Below are positions 12,173 to 21,510 of a stretch of DNA of 64,000 nt, piece after piece. How positions within the stretch are numbered: the stretch's first letter is position 1; every line of letters begins with the position of its first letter. The stretch is from an uncultured Methanosarcinales archaeon. GTDB taxonomy: Archaea > Nanobdellota > Nanobdellia > Woesearchaeales > JAHJBD01. The stretch is taken from assembly GCA_964534665.1 (NCBI GenBank), contig CAZHRT010000002.1, forward strand, positions 42,231 to 106,230, in the 5' to 3' direction. The notes beneath the pieces were generated by a model. The model was not told the DNA's origin and made no database searches. It worked only from the letters and a program-made list of their open reading frames with translations. The position numbers and the translations under genes were made by a program.

Positions 12173-13117
12173 TTATTGTTTATGATAATTACTAGGATGT
12201 AACATTAATGCAGCTTGTAATTTACGTGCATCAAGTACTTGTCTTTCAAATGCTTCTCTTGCTAAAATTCCATGTTCAGACTGCAAAGAACCTAACATAT
12301 TATCAACAAGGTCTTCATTAACATTTTTTAATGCAGTTCCTAATCTGCTTAATGCAGCAGTTGGATTATTAAAATTATAATTTCCTTTATCATACAAAGC
12401 AGCTCTTACTGTATACAATCCATTTAATATTTCACCTGAAGCTCTATGTATACCTCTTTTTAGATTACCATTAGAAATTACACTTCCATCACGACCAGTA
12501 ATCACTTCATCATCAATTTGATTTATAGAATCAACAAGGGCATCTGTTTCAGTTCCATGCCTTTCAATATTTTTCTCAATTATACTTATAATGATATGTT
12601 CAACAGCAGTTTTATATGTTCCTTCTCCCTGCATTGATGCATACCTTCTTTGTAATATCTCAGCAGCTTCCCCAAAAAGACTTGCCTCATATCTTAAACC
12701 ATCTAAAACTCTGTCATTTCCTGCATATTGCGCTTTTATATGTGGACTTTCTGGATTAAAAGCTGAATGATATGCCAAAATCTGGACTAATCCATAAACA
12801 TCTTTATCAATGGTACAATCTGTTGCTATAGCATCATCTGACCTTGTATTAGTGTGAACCCTTAATTCTGGATGATTAAGAGTAGCTTCAAGTTCTGCAA
12901 CCTCTAGATTAATAGTTTCAACATCTGGTAATTGTAGACCAATATTAGCTAATCTTTCTGTTTGAGCATCAATTTTTCCAAGAATCTCATCAACACTATC
13001 CATTTCAGCTGCCATTCTAGTAGCTTCATTATAACTAGCAGTTAAACTAACAAAATCTATTCCAATATCTGGGACAAACCCCAGCACACTAGCAAGTTTT
13101 TTTGTTATCGAATTCAT
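12173..13117 (-). CDS. hypothetical protein (first gene of AAA+/vWA operon)
   Basis: 314 aa, Ala/Glu/Leu-rich, no motif recognised. Confidence 0.4.
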   Translation of the reverse strand: MNSITKKLASVLGFVPDIGIDFVSLTASYNEATRMAAEMDSVDEILGKIDAQTERLANIGLQLPDVETINLEVAELEATLNHPELRVHTNTRSDDAIATDCTIDKDVYGLVQILAYHSAFNPESPHIKAQYAGNDRVLDGLRYEASLFGEAAEILQRRYASMQGEGTYKTAVEHIIISIIEKNIERHGTETDALVDSINQIDDEVITGRDGSVISNGNLKRGIHRASGEILNGLYTVRAALYDKGNYNFNNPTAALSRLGTALKNVNEDLVDNMLGSLQSEHGILAREAFERQVLDARKLQAALMLHPSNYHKQ

Positions 13118-13230
13118 TTTTAAAGATCCCTAGAACAAGAACCTATATCTTACATAATATATGTTCTCTACATTAAAGAATCCTGTATTCATTTATAAAC
13201 CTAACTGTTATATTTTATAATCTATATAAT

Positions 13231-13821
13231 TTATAAGAAAAATCTCAAAACCCAGATTACTACTCCAGAAACTAACGGAACAAGAAGATTATCATCAACT
13301 TTTTTCTCCCATAATTCAATATTTAACCCTTCAACAAACATAGCTAATACAGCAGCTAAGCCAGCTTCAATAGGATTGTTTAGTATAACAAAAGCAGCAA
13401 TAAAAGCAACAACTGCCCCAGCTACAGAACCTTCAACATATTTTTTACTATTAAACGGATGTTTTATACTCCCATACCTACCAACTAAATGACTAACAGA
13501 ATCTCCAAAAGCAAGTATCAAAATAGATGCCAAAGCAATATCTTTAGGAAATAATAAAATTACTAATGTAGCGCCACCAAGAAAAAATAATGCACCCTTA
13601 CCTGGAAACTTTTCAAGATCCTTTTCACGTTCAAAATATCTTAAAAATGAATAAATAACAGGGATCCTATTTTGTTTGCATCTCCAACAAATTAATGAAC
13701 CAATTAAGAATAGAATTGGAGCAGTAATCTTATTTAATATACCTAAGTATAATAATAAACCTAACACAACTCCAGATAACATGTGAATAAATTGCCTACG
13801 TCTTTCTAGTTGACTGATCAT
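13231..13821 (-). CDS. CTP-transferase family membrane protein (CDP-archaeol synthase CarS / dolichol kinase-like)
   Basis: ~190 aa, 5 TM; AFGDSVSHLVGRYGSIKHPF..KKYVEGSVAG resembles cytidylyltransferase-family motif. Confidence 0.4.
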   Translation of the reverse strand: MISQLERRRQFIHMLSGVVLGLLLYLGILNKITAPILFLIGSLICWRCKQNRIPVIYSFLRYFEREKDLEKFPGKGALFFLGGATLVILLFPKDIALASILILAFGDSVSHLVGRYGSIKHPFNSKKYVEGSVAGAVVAFIAAFVILNNPIEAGLAAVLAMFVEGLNIELWEKKVDDNLLVPLVSGVVIWVLRFFL

Positions 13822-14285
13822 TTTATAAAAATATTAAATACCTCAGACCCTGATAACATTACTGTGGTGACAATTATACCTGCAATCAATACTCCAGCAA
13901 TACAAGCAATTGCAAACCTTTTCTTACTCATCCCAATCAAATAAGCAGCTAAAGCTCCTGAATAAACTCCTGATCCTGGTAAAGGTATACCAATAAATAT
14001 TGCAACTGCCCACTCTCCATACTTTTCAACGGTTTTATGAATCTTTTTTTGTGTATATCCAACATACTTTTTATAAAATTTATTAACTGTTTTAATTCTT
14101 GTAAATAATTTTACACAAAAATCAAATACAAAATACAAAACTATGCCTAAAATAATATTAACAACAACAGCAATAACAAAAACAGGAACCCAATTCATTC
14201 CAGTTAATATACCGTATGGTATACTTGCTCTTAATTCTAAAGCCGGTGTTAAAGTTAATAAGATTAAGATTAATAATTGATTCAT
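13818..14285 (-). CDS. small membrane protein, hypothetical
   Basis: 155 aa, 4 hydrophobic helices; 4-nt overlap with downstream gene. Confidence 0.4.
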   Translation of the reverse strand: MNQLLILILLTLTPALELRASIPYGILTGMNWVPVFVIAVVVNIILGIVLYFVFDFCVKLFTRIKTVNKFYKKYVGYTQKKIHKTVEKYGEWAVAIFIGIPLPGSGVYSGALAAYLIGMSKKRFAIACIAGVLIAGIIVTTVMLSGSEVFNIFIK

Positions 14286-15229
14286 TCTACATCCTCTTTA
14301 ATATCTTTATCTTTAATATTTTTTCCAGGCCATATCTTAACACCTGGTTGAATAGTAACGCCTTCAAGTTTACAATCATCAGCTATAATTGCACCTAACT
14401 TACTATCTGATTCTATTTTACCATTAAAAATAACATTATCACCAATAATAGAATTTTTAACAATAGAACCTTTAGCTATTTTAACATTATCCATTATTAT
14501 TGAGTTTTCAACTTCTCCTTCAATTACACAATCTTCACCAATTGCATTTCCTTTAATACCAATCAATTCTTTAAACTTAAACAAATCTTCAGGATAACCA
14601 ATTGATGTCCACTGTTTAGCCTTAACATAATTAATATCTTCTTTTTTTGCTAACTCTTTGATACTATCAGTAATTTCATATTCGCCCCTCTTAGACTTCT
14701 TTAAATTCTCAATTAAAGGAAAAATCTTTTCATCCAAAACATACAAAGCACAATTTGCTAAGTTTGAGAAATATTTCTGAGGCTTTTCAACAATATTCTT
14801 AACTTTTGTTCCTATCAATTCCAAAACTCCAAAATTTTCAGGATTATTAACTTCTTGAGCTAAAACACAATAATCATATTCTAAACATTTTTTAATATCT
14901 TCTTTATAATAAAGGTCATCTCCCATCAAAAGCACAAACCTTTCTTTTATTATATCTTTAACTTGCAATACTGCATTGCCTGTTCCTAAAGCATCTGGTT
15001 GTTCAACATAACTTAATTTCAAATCTTGATATTTTTCACCAAAATACTCTTTAATCATTTCTTTTTTATAATTCACAACAAGAATTACTTCATCAACCAA
15101 CCCGTTTAATTGGTCTAAATTATACTCTAATAATGTTTTACCAGCTACTTTAAGCAAAGGTTTTGGCTTAGTTACTGTCAATGGATATGTCCTGGTAGAT
15201 TTACCAGCAGCGAGTATTACTGCTTTCAT
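14282..15229 (-). CDS. sugar-1-phosphate nucleotidyltransferase with C-terminal left-handed beta-helix (GlmU/RmlA-like)
   Basis: MKAVILAAGKSTRTYPLTVTKPKPLL; hexapeptide repeats IGDNVIFNGKIE... Confidence 0.8.
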   Translation of the reverse strand: MKAVILAAGKSTRTYPLTVTKPKPLLKVAGKTLLEYNLDQLNGLVDEVILVVNYKKEMIKEYFGEKYQDLKLSYVEQPDALGTGNAVLQVKDIIKERFVLLMGDDLYYKEDIKKCLEYDYCVLAQEVNNPENFGVLELIGTKVKNIVEKPQKYFSNLANCALYVLDEKIFPLIENLKKSKRGEYEITDSIKELAKKEDINYVKAKQWTSIGYPEDLFKFKELIGIKGNAIGEDCVIEGEVENSIIMDNVKIAKGSIVKNSIIGDNVIFNGKIESDSKLGAIIADDCKLEGVTIQPGVKIWPGKNIKDKDIKEDVE

Positions 15230-16473
15230 TTTAATTTGACTGATTTAGTACGTTCTTTAACATAAGGATCTTTAATCATTTTCTTGATAAGATCTTTTGC
15301 TGTTTTAAACGCCCTTTTATCTTTAGCATAAATTATTCCAGTTTTTATAAAGGTGTGCTTATGCTTTTTCTTAAAGTGCTTTACAAATTCTTTAGAACTA
15401 ACAGGTGGTCCTTTATGAACAATTGTTAAAGGTTTAACCTCTTTTTTAATTATAAAATAAATTGTTGACTTGTCTTCATTATATAACAATCCTTCATCAA
15501 TTAGATTAAATTCATGTCTTGCTAATTCATTTTTAATTAAAGAAATTATTTTTAATAATTTGCATCCAACAACATCTTCTTTACCTTTAACATTTTCAAT
15601 ATTTAAAGTAATTAATTCATTTTTACCAGCTTTTTTCTTAAGATCAATTTCATGCTTCTTAAAGAATTTTATTGATGGTCTTTTAAGAAATTGTTTTGAT
15701 TTCTTAATAAATAATTCAAAATTATCTTCACTCAATGCAGCTGCAGCATTTCTACCTGCTTGAACAGGATCAATTACAATTAAAGGTGATAATAACTTGC
15801 TTGTGTTAAGTTCCATCAACACATTTTTACCTTTATGATATCTTTCAAAATCAATTACATCTTTATCTTTCCATTTCGCTGCTGCTTTTATTAATTTAAG
15901 AAATGAACCATAATTTATAGTTAATATCTCACATACATATCCTGAAAATCCTTTGATATAAGATTCAGCACCATACAGATTATTTGCTTTACAAAATGCT
16001 TTGGTTAACCTAATTTCATCAACTACTTTCTTATGTTTAGAAACCCATTTAGCATGTAATGGAGATATATCAGTTATATTCCTAGCTTTATCAGCTTTAG
16101 TTATATTTAATATTGGAATTATTTCATATGTGAATCCTTTGATATCAACTTGAAAATAATCTCTTGAACCATGTAATCTTACTGCTTTAGGATAAACTTT
16201 TCTTAATGGTTTTTCTAATAAGTCAGATATTTTATCACTTTTATCTTTATATTTATTATAATCAAACATTACAAAGAAATCTGCATCATGCGCATCTTTA
16301 AGCCATGTGTTTTTAGCAGCTGAACCACCCACTACAACTTTCGCATCTTTAACATTAAATTTAACAAAATCATCCACACATTTCTGTGCTTTTTTCTTGT
16401 CTTCAATTGACGGCTTTACAAGTTCCATTGCTTGCGCTAAAACTTTCTTCATTTTAACTAAAAATGCCCTCAA
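15226..16473 (-). CDS. cca: CCA-adding tRNA nucleotidyltransferase, archaeal class I
   Basis: VVVGGSAAKNTWLKDAHDADFFVMF (GS...DxD polymerase-beta-type motif), ~415 aa. Confidence 0.8.
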   Translation of the reverse strand: MRAFLVKMKKVLAQAMELVKPSIEDKKKAQKCVDDFVKFNVKDAKVVVGGSAAKNTWLKDAHDADFFVMFDYNKYKDKSDKISDLLEKPLRKVYPKAVRLHGSRDYFQVDIKGFTYEIIPILNITKADKARNITDISPLHAKWVSKHKKVVDEIRLTKAFCKANNLYGAESYIKGFSGYVCEILTINYGSFLKLIKAAAKWKDKDVIDFERYHKGKNVLMELNTSKLLSPLIVIDPVQAGRNAAAALSEDNFELFIKKSKQFLKRPSIKFFKKHEIDLKKKAGKNELITLNIENVKGKEDVVGCKLLKIISLIKNELARHEFNLIDEGLLYNEDKSTIYFIIKKEVKPLTIVHKGPPVSSKEFVKHFKKKHKHTFIKTGIIYAKDKRAFKTAKDLIKKMIKDPYVKERTKSVKLK

Positions 16474-16586
16474 TCATTTAAAAAGGTTTCGACAGCAATG
16501 AATTTTAATGTATCAATGTATGAAATAAGAAAAAAAGAATACATCAAGCAAAAGGTTTATATATTACTTACCAGTGACAACAGAAC

Positions 16587-16946
16587 ATGGAAGCTAAAAA
16601 TGTAACTCTAGAACATGTTATGGAGGTACATCAAATATATAGGTCTGTTGGAGGAAATAGATATAGAAGAGATGCTCCACAAAAGCTATATGATAAAATT
16701 TGTAGTGCAAGAGATGGAGATGTGGCCAGTTTACAATCTCTTAGAGAAGGAGCACGTTATGGTTCAAGATATGGATCATCTAAACTCGTATTTGATATTA
16801 GACCAGATGGAACAATTCATGTAAGGTTAAATACAAACCTTGATACTAGCACACCTTGGGGTGAAACAATGGAATCTGAAGCACTCGGTGCTGAGAGTAG
16901 ATTTTTGGAGCTTGTTAATGGTTATTTTGATGAAATAGAATCATAA
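16587..16946 (+). CDS. hypothetical protein
   Basis: 119 aa, Arg/Gly/Ser-rich atypical composition. Confidence 0.35.
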   Translation: MEAKNVTLEHVMEVHQIYRSVGGNRYRRDAPQKLYDKICSARDGDVASLQSLREGARYGSRYGSSKLVFDIRPDGTIHVRLNTNLDTSTPWGETMESEALGAESRFLELVNGYFDEIES

Positions 16947-16958
16947 GGTTGATGTAAT

Positions 16959-17210
16959 ATGAATGAATGCTATGAATGTGATATTGGATACAAAGTAGAG
17001 TACTGTTGTGGGTCTCATCCAGAAACTGGAGAAATGACTGCTCTTGAAATTGAAGGTGGAAGGGTTGTTAGAGCGTGTCCAAATTTAGATGAATTAGGCG
17101 ATTGTAAAGTTTATGACAGTAGACCTGATCCATGTAGTGAATATGAATGTCCTAAATTAGGTGAAATGGATCTTTTTGAACGTCTTCAATCTAATATTGA
17201 TTCTTTCTAA
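16959..17210 (+). CDS. YkgJ/UPF0153-family zinc- or iron-chelating CxxCxxCC-type protein
   Basis: CYECDIGYKVEYCCGS ... CKVYDSRPDPCSEYECP matches the C..Y..RP..C..(Y/F)P block of the family. Confidence 0.45.
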   Translation: MNECYECDIGYKVEYCCGSHPETGEMTALEIEGGRVVRACPNLDELGDCKVYDSRPDPCSEYECPKLGEMDLFERLQSNIDSF

Positions 17211-17349
17211 GTAAAATATTGAGTAATTATTATCAGAAATGGTTAAATCTACTAGATTATCATCTTTCAGATTATTTAAATAAGTAAATCAACATATTGA
17301 GACGACAATAGAAATTCTTTTATACTTTACCTACTTTATAGTTGTTAAG

Positions 17350-17505
17350 ATGTATAATCAATGTGAATCTTGTAAAAAACAAATAAGCGATGCATCAGAT
17401 TGTAGACTATACACCAACGATAATGATGCAATTCATACATTATGTGTAGCTTGTTACGAACAAAGAAAAGCAGTTGAAAAACAAAAACAAGAGTTAGGAC
17501 AATAG
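17350..17505 (+). CDS. small zinc-ribbon protein (51 aa)
   Basis: own translation MYNQCESCKK...LCVACYEQRK; two CxxC pairs; below ORF-track size cutoff. Confidence 0.3.
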   Translation: MYNQCESCKKQISDASDCRLYTNDNDAIHTLCVACYEQRKAVEKQKQELGQ

Positions 17506-17536
17506 TTATTTAAACTACATTAATTCTTCTAATTAT

Positions 17537-19432
17537 ATGGAATATAAAGGTTTAACTTTAGACAAATTTCAAGTAGATTCAATTCATGAAATTGAAAATA
17601 ATAATTCTGTTATTGTTTCTGCTCCAACTGGAACAGGCAAAACTTTGATAGCTGATTATACTATTGAGAAATTTCTTAAAGAAAAGCGAAGAGTAATTTA
17701 CACTGCTCCAATTAAAGCATTATCCAATCAAAAGTATAAGGATTTTATCAGTGATTATGGTGTAGAAAATGTTGGCATAATGACTGGCGACGTTGTTATT
17801 AATCCAGATGCACCGTTACTTGTAATGACAACAGAAATTTACCGAAACATGCTTCTAGCAAATGATGAAATTATTGAACATCTTAGCTATGTTATCTTTG
17901 ACGAAATACATTACCTTTCAGATAGAGAACGAGGTGCTGTCTGGGAAGAATCAATTATATTTTCACCACAAAGGATAAGATTCTTATGTTTATCAGCTAC
18001 AATTCCAAATGCAGAAGAGTTTGCAGAATGGATAGAATCAATTAATAAACACCCTGTTAAAGTTATTAAACATCATGAACGAGCAGTTCCTTTAACCCAC
18101 TTTGTTTTTGAAAAAACATTAGGTATTTCAAAAATAAATGAATTAGATCAAATTAAAGACATTCCTAATTATAGATCTAAAAAAAGATTTCAAGAAAAAC
18201 CTGCACATCATACTGATGTTATTAAGGCTATAGGGGATAAACTACCTTGTATTTATTTTGCTTTTAGCAGAAAATCCTGTGAGAAATATGGACAAGAACT
18301 AAACAAAGATTTTACAACACCTGAACAAAAAGCAGAGATTGTAAGAATTATCAGAGCTCATTTAACACCAGAAGTAAGACAAATGGGTTCGTATCATAAA
18401 TTAAGACAATGTTTAAACAAGGGAATTGCTTATCATCATGCTGGACTTCTACCAAATCTTAAAGATATTGTTGAAAGATTATTTGAAGCAGGTTTAATCT
18501 CAGTTCTTTACGCAACAGAAACTTTTGCAGTTGGAATTAACATGCCAGCAAAAACCGTTTGTTTTGATTCTTTAGAAAAATACGATGGATACAATTTCAG
18601 ATACTTAAATTCAAAAGAATATTTTCAATTAGCAGGAAGAGCAGGTAGAAGGGGCATTGACAAAGAAGGTACGGTAATTGCTTTAGTTGATCGTATAAGG
18701 ACTGATATAAACAAAGTAAAAAAACTTACTTCAAAAGATATTGAACCAATTATCTCTCAGTTCAAGCTATCATTTAATACTGTATTAAATTTAGTTAAGA
18801 ACCATAATAATCAAGAAATTGATGTAATCTTAAAAAGTAATTTTGATTATTTTCAACGTACAAGATCTGATAAACAAGTCAGGATTTTAGCTTCATACAA
18901 AAATAAAATTAAAAAGCTAACACATATGGGTTATATTGGTAGGGATAAACTCTTAACAGTTAAAGGAAAGTTTGCAACCCATATATATTTTGAAGAATTA
19001 TTAATCAGTGAGATTTTTTCTTCTGAAATGTACAAACAGCTATCAGAAACAGAAATTAATTGTTTGGTCGCTGCAATTATTTATGAAGAACGTCGCTCTG
19101 ATAAATTTAAGTCTAAAGGGACTAAAGAACTTTGCATGAGAATCTTATCAGTAATAACCAAAAATAATTATGTTGAAGCACATATTAACAAAAAAGGTTT
19201 AGCTAGGTTAGCTGGTTTAGTTAGAGCATGGTCAGACGGTTCTGATTTTATCGATCTTTTAGATTATACTAATCAATTAGAAGGCGACCTTATTCGTTTA
19301 ATAAGAAGAATGATTGATATTGAAAAACAGATCATTAAAGCAACAAAAGACAGTGATTTACGAGAAAAAATGTTTCGTTGTGTTAAGCGTTTAGATAGAG
19401 ATATTGTACGTGCTGAATTTAGTGGAGATTAA
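17537..19432 (+). CDS. Ski2-like superfamily-2 helicase
   Basis: motif I APTGTGKT, II DEIHYL, III SAT, VI QLAGRAGRRG. Confidence 0.8.
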   Translation: MEYKGLTLDKFQVDSIHEIENNNSVIVSAPTGTGKTLIADYTIEKFLKEKRRVIYTAPIKALSNQKYKDFISDYGVENVGIMTGDVVINPDAPLLVMTTEIYRNMLLANDEIIEHLSYVIFDEIHYLSDRERGAVWEESIIFSPQRIRFLCLSATIPNAEEFAEWIESINKHPVKVIKHHERAVPLTHFVFEKTLGISKINELDQIKDIPNYRSKKRFQEKPAHHTDVIKAIGDKLPCIYFAFSRKSCEKYGQELNKDFTTPEQKAEIVRIIRAHLTPEVRQMGSYHKLRQCLNKGIAYHHAGLLPNLKDIVERLFEAGLISVLYATETFAVGINMPAKTVCFDSLEKYDGYNFRYLNSKEYFQLAGRAGRRGIDKEGTVIALVDRIRTDINKVKKLTSKDIEPIISQFKLSFNTVLNLVKNHNNQEIDVILKSNFDYFQRTRSDKQVRILASYKNKIKKLTHMGYIGRDKLLTVKGKFATHIYFEELLISEIFSSEMYKQLSETEINCLVAAIIYEERRSDKFKSKGTKELCMRILSVITKNNYVEAHINKKGLARLAGLVRAWSDGSDFIDLLDYTNQLEGDLIRLIRRMIDIEKQIIKATKDSDLREKMFRCVKRLDRDIVRAEFSGD

Positions 19433-19487
19433 ACTTATAGATTATAACTATCATCTTTAAATATTCAACACTAATTATATAATTAAA

Positions 19488-19613
19488 ATGGATTATTCAA
19501 GCAGTGTACAACAAGATTACAATTCAGGAGCAGATTATTCTAGTTCTAGTAATGAAAAAAGAGGCATGTGCACAGCTAACTGTTCAAATTGTACTGGTTG
19601 CCGTTTTCAATGA
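19488..19613 (+). CDS. small Cys-rich peptide (41 aa), speculative
   Basis: own translation ...KRGMCTANCSNCTGCRFQ; no clear SD; overlaps zwf stop convergently. Confidence 0.2.
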   Translation: MDYSSSVQQDYNSGADYSSSSNEKRGMCTANCSNCTGCRFQ

Positions 19614-20821
19614 ATCAATCCTTTAGGTTCTTTAGAATAAATAATAGGTTTTTTCTTTAACTTCTCAATCTTATCAGTTATTATCCAGCTCTGTTTTAAC
19701 TCATCAGATGTTGTAAACAATGTTTTATCTCCTTTAATAACATCTGAAAGTAATCTTTGGTACGCTTCAATAGTGTTAGGTCCAAACTTGCAAGTATGAC
19801 AAAATTGCATTTCAACAGGTTCAATTCTTCTTTCATCTGTTAATGTGTTTAAATCAAAAATAATGTCTTGTTTTGGCTGAATATTAATTATTAACTTATT
19901 AGATTTAACAAACGGGTTACAATAAAGCTTACAAAATGTTTTTTTAAATTCTATTTCAACGTAAGCTTGTTTTTTCTTAAGTTTCTTACCTGTTTTTAAC
20001 AAGATTGGAGTACCTTTCCATCTTTTTGCATTACATACCAATTTAACTTCTGCATAAGTTTCAATATTTGATTTAATCTTATAACCCTTATACTGTCCTG
20101 TTATAACTTTTGAAGGTTTTATACATTTTAAAATTTTAACTTTTTCATTGTGTACATCTACCGATTGCAAAGTTTTAGGCGGTTCCATCAAAACTAATGA
20201 AGCAATTTGCAAAAGATGTGATTGTATCATGTCTCTTATTGCACCAGCTTTATCATAATATTCTAAACGTTGTTCAACACCAATATTTTCTTCAGATACA
20301 ATATGTATGTGATTGATAAATTTATTATTCCAAACATTCTCAAATAACGGATTTGAAAATCTTATACCTAAAATATTTTGAACTGTTTGCTTAGCTAAGT
20401 AATGATCAATCCTGTATATGTTCTTATCAGCAAAAACCGATTTAATGGATTTATCTAACTTATTTGAAGAAGCTAGACTATGTCCAAACGGTTTTTCAAA
20501 TACCACTTTAGCATTTTTAAAACGTTTAAGTTGTTTAACAATTATTGGCATAAACTCATAACTTACAGCAAGATAAAATACAGGATTTTTAACTTTTAAA
20601 TTTCTTAAAAAATCTTTATCTTTAAAATCTGCTTTGTAATAAGAAAGATTGTTAAGAAACTTTTTACTAACTTTAGATCCTTTTTCAACAAACTTACGAA
20701 ATTCTTTATTATTAAGATTTTTTCTACCTATTCCAATAACTTTAGTATTTAATTTATCTAAAGCAGTATAAAGTTTTCTCTTTGCTAGGTCGCCTGTTGC
20801 TCCAAATATTACAAATGTCAT
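19607..20821 (-). CDS. zwf: glucose-6-phosphate 1-dehydrogenase
   Basis: FGATGDLAKRKLYTAL NADP site, IYRIDHYLAKQ active-site motif. Confidence 0.8.
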   Translation of the reverse strand: MTFVIFGATGDLAKRKLYTALDKLNTKVIGIGRKNLNNKEFRKFVEKGSKVSKKFLNNLSYYKADFKDKDFLRNLKVKNPVFYLAVSYEFMPIIVKQLKRFKNAKVVFEKPFGHSLASSNKLDKSIKSVFADKNIYRIDHYLAKQTVQNILGIRFSNPLFENVWNNKFINHIHIVSEENIGVEQRLEYYDKAGAIRDMIQSHLLQIASLVLMEPPKTLQSVDVHNEKVKILKCIKPSKVITGQYKGYKIKSNIETYAEVKLVCNAKRWKGTPILLKTGKKLKKKQAYVEIEFKKTFCKLYCNPFVKSNKLIINIQPKQDIIFDLNTLTDERRIEPVEMQFCHTCKFGPNTIEAYQRLLSDVIKGDKTLFTTSDELKQSWIITDKIEKLKKKPIIYSKEPKGLIH

Positions 20822-21510
20822 TTTAAGTTTGTTAATACATAATGATTTTTTATTTTATTAATTAATTTAACAGGACATTGGTTTATTGATAACTTATTAT
20901 TTTGATATCTCTTCAAAGCATCTCTTTTATCTTCATCAATAAATAATACTATTGCAGTATTAGCTTGCAAAAACAATTTTCTTGAACCAGTCATCCTTTC
21001 TGGCGGTGGTTTAGGTGAATCATCCATTGTAATAAACTGTTTAGTTATATTTTTAACAGAATGATGCTCTGGGTAAAGTGCACCTACATGTCCATCTTCA
21101 CCTACACCAAAAATAACTATATCAAATCCTCCAAACTCTTTAAGTTCTTTAGTATAAGTCTTAACACCTTTATCTTTTGCTTTAGTATTAAGATTAAATG
21201 AATGGATATTTGATTTAGATATCTTCTTTTGTTTGATTAATATTGAAATAAAACTATCATTTGCTAACTTATAATTTGAATCTTTACTATTATGTGTAAC
21301 TAATCTGTCATCAACCCAGAAAATATGAATTTTTTCCCATGGCATATTCTTTGCTAATTTAAAATAATGAAATAATTCTTTGACACTTCTTCCACCAGGT
21401 ATTCCTAATACAACTTTATCTTTCTTTTTTAACATTTCTTTTATAGTTCTAATTATAATATATATAGAATGTTTAGCAATAACTTTCTTATCTTGATAAT
21501 ACAGTTTCAT
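20818..21510 (-). CDS. pgl: 6-phosphogluconolactonase
   Basis: LGIPGGRSV, IFGVGEDGHVGALYP. Confidence 0.75.
   Translation of the reverse strand: MKLYYQDKKVIAKHSIYIIIRTIKEMLKKKDKVVLGIPGGRSVKELFHYFKLAKNMPWEKIHIFWVDDRLVTHNSKDSNYKLANDSFISILIKQKKISKSNIHSFNLNTKAKDKGVKTYTKELKEFGGFDIVIFGVGEDGHVGALYPEHHSVKNITKQFITMDDSPKPPPERMTGSRKLFLQANTAIVLFIDEDKRDALKRYQNNKLSINQCPVKLINKIKNHYVLTNLK

Noticed and set aside
14216-16501. plus-strand ORFs 14216..14398, 15470..15763, 16307..16501
   Set aside because: Antisense shadows within the nucleotidyltransferase and cca genes.
16615-16824. 69-aa ORF in alternate frame
   Set aside because: Overlaps the longer 16587..16946 ORF in another frame; the longer frame is preferred, though neither has strong support.
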